A stretch of 64,000 nt of DNA, taken from positions 8,487 to 72,486 of the forward strand of contig CALKOC010000021.1 in the NCBI GenBank assembly GCA_938091085.1, in the 5' to 3' direction. The translations under genes were made by a program, and so were the position numbers. The notes beneath the pieces were generated by a model. That model saw only the letters and a list, made by a program, of their open reading frames with translations, did not search any database and was not told the DNA's origin. Positions 42,237-51,588 of the stretch are shown one piece after another. Source of the stretch: an uncultured Alphaproteobacteria bacterium. GTDB taxonomy: Bacteria > Pseudomonadota > Alphaproteobacteria > RS24. The stretch's first letter is position 1. Every line of letters starts with the position of its first letter.

Positions 42237-42698
42237 TTAAATGTTGAAATCTACTGATGTTTCAGAACCTAAACTGTTTTTATTTTGATGGCTCTGACAA
42301 ATATCGTCAATGCTTACGCTGTCGAGATGTTTTAGAAATTCACCTTCAAGTTCAGTGCATTTCTCAAAAGTCATACCAGCCCCGAATTGACTGTCTTTAG
42401 ATTTATGGGCTGCTTCGTTTTCAACGCGTTCAATTTCAGCGATAACGCGTACGACCTCACCGGCAAAAATCTTACGCCTTTCGCGAGCTAGTCTGTATCC
42501 CCCTTTGGGTCCGCGTACGCCGCGAAGAATATCGGCTTTTACGAGGGTTTGCATAATCTGTTCAAGATATCGCTGGGGAACCTTTTGACGGCTAGTGATG
42601 TCTTTCGCTTGCACCGGATCGGGTCGGGAATGAAGGGCAACATCCACAACTGTCTCTAATGCTAAAACTGTTTTCCGACTTAAAAACAGCATCTTCAA
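42237..42698 (-). CDS. Rrf2-family transcriptional regulator (CymR/IscR-like, apparently without the three-Cys cluster ligands)
   Basis: N-terminal wHTH ...[12 protein letters not shown]...[40 protein letters not shown]. Only isolated Cys residues occur in the C-terminal half. The ATG overlaps the dut stop. Confidence 0.78.
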   Translation of the reverse strand: MKMLFLSRKTVLALETVVDVALHSRPDPVQAKDITSRQKVPQRYLEQIMQTLVKADILRGVRGPKGGYRLARERRKIFAGEVVRVIAEIERVENEAAHKSKDSQFGAGMTFEKCTELEGEFLKHLDSVSIDDICQSHQNKNSLGSETSVDFNI

Positions 42699-43174
42699 CC
42701 CTTCGTATTATTAGAAGTGCCACCCGTGGAGCCAAACCCGCCTTCGCCACGCTCGGTATCAGGAAGCTCTTCTGTTTCTTGCAGAATGCCTTGTGTCACA
42801 GGGGCAATAACCATCTGGGCAATCCGATCGCCACGATTTATTACAAAAGCTTCTGGCCCGTGATTAATAAGGATAACTTTCACCTCACCCCGGTAATCAC
42901 TATCAACAGTGCCGGGACTATTGAGTACGGTAACACCAAACTTGGCTGCCAGACCTGAGCGTGGGCGAACTTGAGCTTCAAAACCTTGGGGTAGCGCCAT
43001 TGCCAGACCCGTCGGCACCATTGCGGTTTCGCCAGAAGCTAGGGTCATTGGATTGTCTTCGGGCAATGCGGCTCTTAAATCCATGCCTGCGGCTTGTTCC
43101 GTTTCATAAGATGGCAGGGGCAAGCCTTCGCTATGGGGCAGGCGTTTAATCTCAATGCTGACATTGTGGGCCAT
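42695..43174 (-). CDS. dut: dUTP diphosphatase
   Basis: Motifs [28 protein letters not shown] and [11 protein letters not shown]. Confidence 0.95.
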   Translation of the reverse strand: MAHNVSIEIKRLPHSEGLPLPSYETEQAAGMDLRAALPEDNPMTLASGETAMVPTGLAMALPQGFEAQVRPRSGLAAKFGVTVLNSPGTVDSDYRGEVKVILINHGPEAFVINRGDRIAQMVIAPVTQGILQETEELPDTERGEGGFGSTGGTSNNTKG

Positions 43175-44415
43175 TAGTGTGCTTCCTGTTTTTCTGGTTT
43201 TGAGTGAGTTTCTGAGAAATAATCAGCGATTTTTCCTGCAAGCCTGAGGGCCACATCTTGTTTGCTGAGCATTTCCCAGCTTTCTTCTGATGTCCGGGTT
43301 AAAAAATGAATAGTATTGAAATCACCGCCCATTACACCGCTATCGGGGGACACATTATTTGCCATGAGCCAGTCACAGCCTTTCCGCGCAAATTTTTCCC
43401 GCGCATGCTCCATGACTTGATCAGTCTCCGCAGCGAAGCCGACAATTAAATCAGGGCGATGTGTGTGACTGGCGAGCCCAGCAAGAATATCAGGGTTTTC
43501 TGTTAGCTCTAATGAAGGCGGCGTGTTCGCAGCCTGTTTTTTAATTTTTTCATGAGCTGGTTGAGTGGTTCTCCAGTCTGCAACTGCCGCAGTCATGACA
43601 GCAATTTGGCTCGGCAAGGCTTCTTCGCAAGCGGCAGCCATTTCAAGTGCAGTTTCTACGCGTATAACACGCACCCCACTGGGATCAGGCAAATTAACGG
43701 GACCAGATACGAGCAGAGTTTCTGCGCCAAGAGCCGCCATCGCTTCGGCAATGGCATAGCCCTGCTTGCCGGAAGACCGATTGGCAATATAGCGCACAGG
43801 GTCAATCGGTTCATGCGTCGGGCCTGCGGTGACAAGTGCTTTCAGCCCTTTAAGGGGGCCTTTGGGCATGAGCGCTTCAGCAACAGCTTCCATAATTTCT
43901 GTTGGTTCAGCCATACGACCCGGGCCGGTTTCGCCACAAGCCATATCCCCCTCATTGGGGTCAATTATGGCAATGCCGTCATTTATAAGTGTTTCTAGAT
44001 TGCGTTGCGTAGCATCGTGAAGCCACATACGCACATTCATGGCTGGAGCAATCATCACTGGCTTGTCGGTCGCCAGTAAGGCCGTGCTGGCGAGGTCGTT
44101 AGCGAATCCTTGCGCCATTTTTGCCATTAAATCTGCTGTTGCTGGGGCAACAAGTACGAGATCTGCATTGCGAGATAATTGAATATGCCCCATTTCGGTT
44201 TCATCGGTGAGGTCAAAAAGATTTTGATAGACTTTATTGCCGCTTACTGATGCGAGCGTGAGGGCGGTTACAAATTCACTGCCAGATTTGCTGAGCAGAC
44301 ATTGAACATCTGCGCCTTCTTTTACTAATTGCCGGACGAGTTCTGGCGTTTTGTAGGCGGCAATACCGCCACCGACAATCAGCAAAATACGTTTATTTAA
44401 CAATCGTGCAGACAT
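43174..44415 (-). CDS. coaBC: Bifunctional phosphopantothenoylcysteine decarboxylase / phosphopantothenate--cysteine ligase
   Basis: Flavoprotein N-domain ([13 protein letters not shown]) plus the CoaB domain ([25 protein letters not shown] pattern). ATG 44415 (MSARLL...) is preferred over the listed 44454. Confidence 0.94.
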   Translation of the reverse strand: MSARLLNKRILLIVGGGIAAYKTPELVRQLVKEGADVQCLLSKSGSEFVTALTLASVSGNKVYQNLFDLTDETEMGHIQLSRNADLVLVAPATADLMAKMAQGFANDLASTALLATDKPVMIAPAMNVRMWLHDATQRNLETLINDGIAIIDPNEGDMACGETGPGRMAEPTEIMEAVAEALMPKGPLKGLKALVTAGPTHEPIDPVRYIANRSSGKQGYAIAEAMAALGAETLLVSGPVNLPDPSGVRVIRVETALEMAAACEEALPSQIAVMTAAVADWRTTQPAHEKIKKQAANTPPSLELTENPDILAGLASHTHRPDLIVGFAAETDQVMEHAREKFARKGCDWLMANNVSPDSGVMGGDFNTIHFLTRTSEESWEMLSKQDVALRLAGKIADYFSETHSKPEKQEAH

Positions 44416-44504
44416 CCGGAAATCCTTTACCTGTCTGCAATTGGTATAAAACAAATTCTACCGGAATTAAATGTAATTTTAAGCTGTTGATACCATTTCG
44501 GATT

Positions 44505-46049
44505 TTATTGGAAAATACGATAGGTCAGATAACCGCCGACTGCGAGACCGGTTATCAGCAATAATGGCTTTAGGGGATTTTTCTTGTCATCTTCATAATG
44601 AATTTTAAAACCCTTATCAGAGAGAATTTTTTCAAGCTGCTCCTGATTGCGTTCAACACGTTCCAATGTGTCAGGCAGGCGCCCGATGGATTTGGCGGCA
44701 CGCTGCATGCCGTCTAAGGTTTCTTTAAAAACCGCTTCAGGCCCTAATTCACCTTTAATCCACCCTGAGACAACTGGGTCTGCTGCGTCCCATATATTGA
44801 GTTTAGGGTCAAAACTTCTGGCAACGCCTTCCACAACAACCATGGTTTTTTGCAGTAAGAGCAATTGTGGTTGGGTGTGCATGTCAAATTGTTCGGTGAC
44901 TTCAAACAGCTGGGTCAATACCCGCCCCATAGAAATACTGTCCGCATCCTGCCCACGAATAGGCTCCCCGATAGCACGCAGAGCCTGAGCAAATGCTTCC
45001 ATATTTTTACTGTCCGGCACATAACCGGCATCAAAATGGGTTTGCGCCACGCGGCGATAATCTCGGGTGATGAAGCCATATAGAATTTCTGCCAGAAAAC
45101 GTCGGCTATTCTTATCAAGTCGCCCCATTATGCCAAGGTCAATCGCGACGAATGTCCCATCAGGGCAAATCAGCAAATTGCCCTGATGCATATCCCCGTG
45201 GAAAAATCCGTCGCGGAGGGCATGGGTTAAAAAAGCTTGTATCAGCCGGGCTGCAAGATCCTGCATATCATGCCCTGCGGCCTCTAGGGCTTCAAGGTCA
45301 GAAGCTTTTGCGCCATCAGACCAGTGCATGGTAACAACCCGCTTGGCTGTGGCTTCCCATATTACATCCGGAACATCAAATTTAGCGTCCTTTAATGTAT
45401 TTTCGCGCATTTCAGAAAGTGCAGCGGCTTCCATACGTAAATCAATTTCGAGCCTTACACTATCCCAAAGGGTGCGAACGCCCTCTACAGGGCGCAAGCG
45501 TCTGGCCGCAGGGATAAGTGCTTCCACTATATGGGCTACAAACATAAAGGTAGATAATTCAATCGTTAGTTTCTGCTCAATGCCCGGGCGCAATATTTTG
45601 ACTGCCACAGGCGTCCCATCCTTGAGCTTGGCTTTGTGCACTTGTGCGATGGAAGCGGCAGCAACTGGTTCGCTAAAATCGTCAAACAATTCACTCACAG
45701 GTTGTTCAAGTTCGTCAATTATGAGTTTTTCGACAACTTTCATCGGAAAGGCGGGGAGGCTGTCTTGAAGATATTGTAAATCCTTTGCCAATCTAAGGCC
45801 CACAATATCAGGCCGTGTAGCCAGCGACTGACCGAGCTTAATATAAGTAGGACCAAGTGATTGAAGTTTTTTTGATAATTCAACGCCGCGAGAATCTTGG
45901 TCAAATTTTCTTGCGCCAAAAGTAAAAATCTTGCGAAGCGCTTTGAGCCAAAGCGGTGCTTTTTCTTTGAAGTCAGGGGGAAGCAAGCTGTCCTGCGCGA
46001 ACACCAGACGGATGAAGCCAATTAGTTTGAAGAAACTGAAAAGCCGCAT
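44505..46049 (-). CDS. ubiB: Ubiquinone biosynthesis protein kinase-like UbiB (ABC1 family)
   Basis: 514 aa. ABC1 domain (AAASIAQVHKAKL.DG..VAVKILRPG), HGDMHQGNL, and a C-terminal TM segment. Follows ubiE. Confidence 0.92.
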   Translation of the reverse strand: MRLFSFFKLIGFIRLVFAQDSLLPPDFKEKAPLWLKALRKIFTFGARKFDQDSRGVELSKKLQSLGPTYIKLGQSLATRPDIVGLRLAKDLQYLQDSLPAFPMKVVEKLIIDELEQPVSELFDDFSEPVAAASIAQVHKAKLKDGTPVAVKILRPGIEQKLTIELSTFMFVAHIVEALIPAARRLRPVEGVRTLWDSVRLEIDLRMEAAALSEMRENTLKDAKFDVPDVIWEATAKRVVTMHWSDGAKASDLEALEAAGHDMQDLAARLIQAFLTHALRDGFFHGDMHQGNLLICPDGTFVAIDLGIMGRLDKNSRRFLAEILYGFITRDYRRVAQTHFDAGYVPDSKNMEAFAQALRAIGEPIRGQDADSISMGRVLTQLFEVTEQFDMHTQPQLLLLQKTMVVVEGVARSFDPKLNIWDAADPVVSGWIKGELGPEAVFKETLDGMQRAAKSIGRLPDTLERVERNQEQLEKILSDKGFKIHYEDDKKNPLKPLLLITGLAVGGYLTYRIFQ

Positions 46050-46050
46050 T

Positions 46051-46821
46051 TTAAACCCGCCACGCGCTATGCAGGGCTACAATACCCCCGGAGAGCCTTT
46101 CATATCGGACATGAGAAAAGCCCGCGGCTTCTATTTCTCGGGAGAAATTATCCGGCTTCGGAAAGCGTCTGATGCTCTCAACAAGATACTGATAAGCTTC
46201 TTCATCGCCGGCAATGAACTTGCCGACTTTAGGGATGATATTAAACGACCAGCGGTCATATAGCTTCTCTAGGATTGGGTCCGTTACATGGCTGAATTCG
46301 AGGCATAAAAATCGCCCGCCGGGTTTTAGCACCCGATAGGCTTCTGCGAGTGCTTTATCTCGATGCGTGACATTTCTTATGCCGAAAGCAATCGTGTAAG
46401 CGTCAAAAAAGCCGTCCTGCAATGCAAGCGCTTCGGCGTTGCCGGCAGTAAAATTAATATTTTCTGGGTGGGATATATTTTTCTTTTTTTCAAGCCGTGT
46501 CTGCCCTGCTTGTAACATGGCTTCATTAATATCAAGAATGGTGGCGGCAAAACCGTCCCCTGCCTTGGCTGCGGCTTTAAAAGCAATATCGCCCGTACCA
46601 CCCGCTACATCAAGGAGATGGAAATCTCGGTTTCCGGAGGGCAAAGCGAGGCTGTTGACCATATGCTGTTTCCAGACACGGTGCAGCCCACCCGACATAA
46701 GGTCATTCATCACATCATATTTATCGGCAACGCTTTCAAATACTTGATGCACACGTTTCTGTTTTTCTTCTATCGGCACATCTTGGCGACCGAATGATGC
46801 TGTAGTGGTTTTTTCTGTCAT
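46051..46821 (-). CDS. ubiE: Demethylmenaquinone/ubiquinone C-methyltransferase UbiE
   Basis: [25 protein letters not shown]... and SAM motif LDVAGGTGD. Confidence 0.95.
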   Translation of the reverse strand: MTEKTTTASFGRQDVPIEEKQKRVHQVFESVADKYDVMNDLMSGGLHRVWKQHMVNSLALPSGNRDFHLLDVAGGTGDIAFKAAAKAGDGFAATILDINEAMLQAGQTRLEKKKNISHPENINFTAGNAEALALQDGFFDAYTIAFGIRNVTHRDKALAEAYRVLKPGGRFLCLEFSHVTDPILEKLYDRWSFNIIPKVGKFIAGDEEAYQYLVESIRRFPKPDNFSREIEAAGFSHVRYERLSGGIVALHSAWRV

Positions 46822-46829
46822 GTCACTTC

Positions 46830-46860
46830 ATTGGGCTATTTTTCAGGACGATAGCCCAAT
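46830..46860. promoter_or_regulatory. Perfect 10-bp inverted repeat ATTGGGCTAT-N11-ATAGCCCAAT abutting the ubiE start
   Basis: Read directly from the sequence. On the minus-strand transcript the hairpin would end 8 nt before the ubiE ATG. Confidence 0.35.
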
Positions 46861-46936
46861 CCTAATGAATAGGCTAGAAATAGCGGCACTGAAAACTTGA
46901 TATAAGTTATATGTATATCAGATTGAAAGATGTTCC

Positions 46937-47857
46937 ATGCCAGAATTACCTGAAGTTGAGACTGTTTGCCGGGGATTGCGGGCTCATATAATTGACCGCC
47001 GCATTGTTCGTGCGGAGCTTCGGCGCCCCGATTTGCGCTTCCCTTTTCCGAAAGGGTTGCAAGACCAGTTGGAGGGCAGCACGGTTAAAAATATTACCCG
47101 TCGTGCCAAATATATTTTAATTCAGTTGGGGAATGGCCAAGCCGGTGAAACGAGCGACAAAATTTGGTTGACGCATTTAGGAATGACCGGACGTTTTACT
47201 GTCTATCCAACTCAATCAGATGAAAACGGCCCAGATGAAACTGGAGGCACAGCAAAGGAAACTGCTCGTTTTTATCACTCTACACATAATCAAATCGGGG
47301 CACATGACCATGTGCATATCTGGTTCGATGATCTGACGGAGCTTGTTTACACAGACCCGCGAAGGTTTGGCTACATGGATATGATGGCGTTGAGTGATGT
47401 TAATGAGTCGAAACATTTGCGCGCATTGGGGCCTGAGCCTATCGGGGATAATTTTAATGCAGATGTGTTGCTGGAAAAGTTAAAAAATAGGCGGGCGCCA
47501 ATTAAATCCGCCTTGCTCGATCAACATGTTGTTGCTGGGTTGGGCAATATTTATGTTTGCGAGGCTTTGTTCCGGTCAGGTATTTCACCGCGAAGGCTCG
47601 CGTGCCATGTCGGTCCTGCGCGCACCGGGCGGCTTATTGAAGCTATTAAAAATGTTCTTGATGAAGCGATAACCGCCGGTGGGTCAACATTAAGGGATTT
47701 CGCGGGCGCACAAGGGTCGGCGGGATATTTTCAGCATAATTTTGATGTTTACGACCGCGAGGGTGAGGCTTGTTTGAAGTCCGAATGTGGCGGTAAAATT
47801 AAAAGGATTGTGCAATCTGGGCGTTCAAGTTTTTATTGCTCCAAATGTCAAAGATGA
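46937..47857 (+). CDS. mutM: Formamidopyrimidine-DNA glycosylase
   Basis: N-terminal MPELPEVETV, H2TH region, and a C-terminal zinc finger (C..ECGG...R....GRSSFYCSKCQ). Confidence 0.95.
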   Translation: MPELPEVETVCRGLRAHIIDRRIVRAELRRPDLRFPFPKGLQDQLEGSTVKNITRRAKYILIQLGNGQAGETSDKIWLTHLGMTGRFTVYPTQSDENGPDETGGTAKETARFYHSTHNQIGAHDHVHIWFDDLTELVYTDPRRFGYMDMMALSDVNESKHLRALGPEPIGDNFNADVLLEKLKNRRAPIKSALLDQHVVAGLGNIYVCEALFRSGISPRRLACHVGPARTGRLIEAIKNVLDEAITAGGSTLRDFAGAQGSAGYFQHNFDVYDREGEACLKSECGGKIKRIVQSGRSSFYCSKCQR

Positions 47858-47938
47858 ACAGGTGAAAAATATCTGAGTGAAACTTAATAAGATAAACATG
47901 CGGCACACAAATAATATATTGTCATCTCAAGAGAAATC

Positions 47939-48343
47939 ATGACACAAAACAACATGATGTATAAAACCTTTAAAAATATTTCACAAAAAATGGCCATGTG
48001 GTCTGCTGTTCTTGTTCTTTCAGTCGGTAGTTCTTTGGCGGCATCATTTTTGTCTGTCGCGCCAGACATACCCCTCGCGCCGGGTTTATCTGAAGCCGAG
48101 ACGGGGGCCTTAATTTTTGACAAGCCAGAAGGCCGCATTGTTTCTATTGAAGCTCTGGCGGCGACCCCCTCGGCAGATATTTTCGCTTTTTACCGTTTAA
48201 GCTTGCCCAATCTTGGTTGGCAGAATAAGCCTGAACTGTCTGTCAGAAACAGTGAAACCTTTCACCGTGAAGGCGAAGCCCTAACAATTAAATATGAAGG
48301 CGGCGTGGTGTTTTTCCGTCTTCAGCCAATTGCTGTAAATTAA
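47939..48343 (+). CDS. Hypothetical exported protein
   Basis: 134-aa ORF with a hydrophobic signal-like segment (MAMWSAVLVLSVGSSLAASFL). I recognise no family. The start is ambiguous because there are several in-frame Met codons. Confidence 0.4.
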   Translation: MTQNNMMYKTFKNISQKMAMWSAVLVLSVGSSLAASFLSVAPDIPLAPGLSEAETGALIFDKPEGRIVSIEALAATPSADIFAFYRLSLPNLGWQNKPELSVRNSETFHREGEALTIKYEGGVVFFRLQPIAVN

Positions 48344-48366
48344 TTCAAATTTTGTTGCTTTAAAGG

Positions 48367-48395
48367 TTGACGCTAGCTCAAGCGCGGCCTATAAA
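48367..48395 (+). promoter_or_regulatory. Sigma-70-type promoter of rpsT
   Basis: TTGACG (48367-48372), 17-nt spacer, TATAAA (48390-48395). Implies a leader of about 95 nt. Confidence 0.5.
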
Positions 48396-48495
48396 ACCGC
48401 CCATCCTGATAAAAATTTATCGGGAGTGTTTTTACACGAAATTTACTAAATCTTATTGATTTAAAAAATCGTATTAACGAGAAAGACCGCTCATT

Positions 48496-48759
48496 ATGGC
48501 GAATACCCAATCTGCCAAAAAAATGGTTCGCAAGATTGCCAAACGTACCGAGGTGAACAAAGCCCGCCGTACACGCATGCGTAGCTTTATCCGAAGTGTT
48601 GAAGAAGCCATTACAGCAGGAGATAAGAGTGCAGCCCAGGAAGCCCTGAAAAACGCTGAACCTGCCATTATGAGAAATAGCCAAAAAGGTATCTTGCACA
48701 AGCGCGCCGCTTCACGCAAAGTTTCCCGCCTGTCTAAGCGCATTGCTAAACTCGGCTAA
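48496..48759 (+). CDS. rpsT: 30S ribosomal protein S20
   Basis: [25 protein letters not shown]... 87 aa. Confidence 0.96.
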   Translation: MANTQSAKKMVRKIAKRTEVNKARRTRMRSFIRSVEEAITAGDKSAAQEALKNAEPAIMRNSQKGILHKRAASRKVSRLSKRIAKLG

Positions 48760-48773
48760 GTTTAGCTTTTATT
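48745..48773 (+). terminator. Intrinsic terminator of rpsT
   Basis: GCTAAAC-TCGGCTAA-GTTTAGC forms a perfect 7-bp stem with the stop codon in the loop. TTTTATT follows. Confidence 0.6.
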
Positions 48774-49352
48774 GGCACTGAATTTGCCAAAATTCTCTAA
48801 AATCTATTCCTATTCTCAGTTTCCTTCACTGACACTTTCATATTTGTCAGATCCGTTTGCTTGTTGTGACGCAGGGTGTCAAAAAAATATTAAAAAAAAA
48901 CAAAAAAAAATAGAAGTTCTCGTTTCCTTCTAGTTGCCAGCCATGCTTCGTCTGGATATGGTTATTATCGGGAGTAGAGGAAACAATCATCACAAGGGTC
49001 ACAGAGTCACATCTCAATCAGTTCAAAATTCTTAATTATTTTCATAAATGATGAAAAAATGCCGGCCTCAAATAGGGTTTAATCGGGCAGGATTTTAAGA
49101 GCGCTTTATAAGCTTGATTGAGAACCAATTTATCGGGACGTTTTTTAAAAGTAATTTTATTAAAATGTTAATCCTCATAAATTGCGTGAACACTCTTACA
49201 GATTTTGGTTCCTTAACTCCAAAAGCGTTATGACATGATTTGAATATGTGACGATATCTTAAGTTATCTTAAGCCATCATCTGCAAAAGCTTCTCCTGTC
49301 GCGTGGAAACAAATTGCTGGTTATCAGCAAATAATTAAAGGCGGAGACGGAA

Positions 49353-49835
49353 ATGCAGGGTGATATCGAAAGGAAAGAAAAAGTATCTTTCGATTTTGCG
49401 ATTCTTGAAAACTCCGCAAACGGATATGATGGTGACATAACACCTATCACTGCGTATGAAATTCTAAAGCATGATGGCGGCGCAAATCTGGTTGACGTCC
49501 GGACTTCTGCGGAATGGGCTTTTGTCGGTGTGCCTGATGTGTCTTCAATTAACCACGAAACAAAATTTATAAGTTGGCAAGTTTTTCCAGAAATGAATCT
49601 TAACGCAGATTTCATAAATATGCTGGAAGTTGCCATTCCTAACAAAACCCCACCTGTGCTGTTTTTGTGTCGCTCCGGCGCGCGATCTGCTTCTGCTGCC
49701 AGAATTGCAAAAGCGAATGGCTATGAAGCGAGTTTCAATATTGCTGGAGGTTTTGAGGGCGATGCCGACCGCGTACATCACAGAGGTAAGGTCAATGGGT
49801 GGAAGTCAGATAACCTCCCATGGGTTCAGCAATGA
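49353..49835 (+). CDS. Rhodanese-domain sulfurtransferase
   Basis: ...ANLVDVRTSAEW...VLFLCRSGARSASAA...GGFEG... has an active-site loop CRSGARS. GGAG SD. It ends 45 nt before dnaA. Confidence 0.8.
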   Translation: MQGDIERKEKVSFDFAILENSANGYDGDITPITAYEILKHDGGANLVDVRTSAEWAFVGVPDVSSINHETKFISWQVFPEMNLNADFINMLEVAIPNKTPPVLFLCRSGARSASAARIAKANGYEASFNIAGGFEGDADRVHHRGKVNGWKSDNLPWVQQ

Positions 49836-49880
49836 TAATAATAAAGGGATTATTTCTTGCATAAGCAAGATGGAGCAGGA

Positions 49881-51350
49881 ATGTCAGAAGAAAATACTAA
49901 CCAAAATCGTCAAGATAAAACCACAGATGACCTTGTCATCGCCAAACGGCAATGGGACCGGGTCAGGTCGAGATTAAGAGCCGAATTGGGGGAGGCCACT
50001 TTCAATAGCTGGTTCCGTCATCTTGAAATTTTGAAAACAACCGCTACCTCAGTAACAATTCAGGTACCCACGAGGTTTATTGGGAGCTGGATTGAAACGA
50101 ATTACCTGAAGCGCATTCTCGGTCATTGGAAAAAAGAGAGTGAGACGATTAGCAGAATCAATATCAGCATTCAGCCTGCTATGCACCAACCTGTCGCCCA
50201 GCCAGAGACCATAAGCCGCGTGGTCACGGATAACCGTGCTTCCCAGCCGGTTCAAAATACTCAAGTCAATCAAGTGCCGAGTGAAGAGCGCACACACGAT
50301 GATGTAGGCGCGCCTCTGGAGCCAAGGTATACATTTGATAACTTCATCGTCGGCAAGTCCAATGAAATGGCGCATGCTGCTGCCCGTCGGATTACCGAAG
50401 GAGATCCGGCTTACTATAAACTGCATAATCCACTTTTCCTTTATGGCGGTGTTGGTCTTGGTAAGACCCACTTGATGCACGCTATTGCTTGGGAAATTCG
50501 CCGTAATGACCCAAGCCGTCGCGTGATTTATACATCGGCAGAAAAATTCATGTATCAGTTCATTCGAGCGCTCAGATATAAAGACATGATGTCTTTTAAA
50601 CAGCAATTCCGCGAAGTTGATGTTTTAATGGTTGATGATATTCAATTCATTGCCGGTAAAGAGTCTACCCAAGAAGAGTTTTTCCACACTTTCAATGCAT
50701 TGATTGACGCTAATCATCAGGTGATTATTTCGGCTGATAGATCGCCTTCGGACCTTGAGGGTATTGAAGAGCGTATCCGGTCCCGATTGGGCTGGGGGCT
50801 GGTCGCAGACATTCACCCGACAGATTATGAACTGAGATTGGGTATTTTGCAGTCCAAAGCTGAAACACTTATGCGCAATCATAAGGACGCATCCGTTCCC
50901 GAGCAGGTCTTGGAATTCCTTGCTCAGCGTGTTGCTACTAATATTCGTGAGTTGGAGGGTGCGCTTAATAGAGTTGTGGCTTTCGCTTCCTTTAGTGGTC
51001 GCCCGATAACGCTTGAGATGGCAAAAGAAATCTTACGCGACTTGCTTCGTGCGTCAGAGCGCCGGATTTCTATTGATCAGATTCAGCGCAAGGTTGCTGA
51101 TTATTATAATGTCCGTATGGGAGACATGCTGTCGGCGAGGCGCTCGCGTGCCGTTGCGCGTCCGCGTCAAATAGCTATGTATCTCTCAAAACAATTAACG
51201 ACTCGGTCTTTGCCTGAAATCGGTCGTAAATTTGGGGGACGGGACCATACAACAGTCATTCATGCTGTCCGTAAAGTAGAGAGCTTGCGCGAGTCAGACC
51301 CTTCGATTGAGGAAGATGTAGATCTACTACTGAGAAGTCTTGAGGCTTAA
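49881..51350 (+). CDS. dnaA: Chromosomal replication initiator protein DnaA
   Basis: AAA+ Walker A GGVGLGKTHL, sensor motifs, and a C-terminal DNA-binding domain (GGRDHTTVIHA). ATG 49881 is preceded by GGAGCAGGA. The listed TTG 49857 is less likely. Confidence 0.97.
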   Translation: MSEENTNQNRQDKTTDDLVIAKRQWDRVRSRLRAELGEATFNSWFRHLEILKTTATSVTIQVPTRFIGSWIETNYLKRILGHWKKESETISRINISIQPAMHQPVAQPETISRVVTDNRASQPVQNTQVNQVPSEERTHDDVGAPLEPRYTFDNFIVGKSNEMAHAAARRITEGDPAYYKLHNPLFLYGGVGLGKTHLMHAIAWEIRRNDPSRRVIYTSAEKFMYQFIRALRYKDMMSFKQQFREVDVLMVDDIQFIAGKESTQEEFFHTFNALIDANHQVIISADRSPSDLEGIEERIRSRLGWGLVADIHPTDYELRLGILQSKAETLMRNHKDASVPEQVLEFLAQRVATNIRELEGALNRVVAFASFSGRPITLEMAKEILRDLLRASERRISIDQIQRKVADYYNVRMGDMLSARRSRAVARPRQIAMYLSKQLTTRSLPEIGRKFGGRDHTTVIHAVRKVESLRESDPSIEEDVDLLLRSLEA

Positions 51351-51588
51351 ATCACTCTGTATCTCTCCGCCTGCAAGTCATACTTTTTACATCTTGCGCA
51401 TCAGTATCGCCCATAACTGCTTATAAAGCTTTTTTCTGCCCAATTAATCGGCAAAACAGACAAGAAATCAGTACCTAAATAGTGTCATAAGGGCCATTTA
51501 GGTGTTATATTCTATGGGTGATTCGTTTTTCGGCTTGCAGACGCTTAAGAGCCTTTAGAAATGCCTATCTTTAGGAGATAATGAAGAA

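Noticed and set aside
47180-47290. Extra segment in MutM (QSDENGPDETGGTAKETARFYHSTHNQIG), possibly an insertion or frameshift artefact.
   Set aside because: The reading frame is continuous and the flanking conserved blocks (HLGM.G, HDHV, DPRRFG) are intact. This loop is variable in Fpg proteins.
48943-49035. 30-codon small ORF (MLRLDMVIIGSRGNNHHKGHRVTSQSVQNS) inside the dnaA-upstream gap.
   Set aside because: No Shine-Dalgarno upstream and no recognisable peptide features. It overlaps one of the TTATCGGGA motifs, which is more likely the relevant signal.
49141-49170. CtrA-type TTAA-N7-TTAA boxes in the AT-rich gap, and at 39319-39334.
   Set aside because: Only near misses were seen (TTAA-N7-TTTA, TTAA-N4-TTAA, TTAA-N8-TTAA). 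In AT-rich sequence these are expected by chance.
48760-49352. Calling this gap the chromosomal origin (oriC) because it precedes dnaA-dnaN-recF-gyrB and has an A/T tract.
   Set aside because: I find no consensus TTATCCACA / TGTGGATAA box, only 2-mismatch look-alikes. In many Alphaproteobacteria the origin is not next to dnaA. GC skew cannot be assessed from one window. It is kept as a finding, not as a feature.
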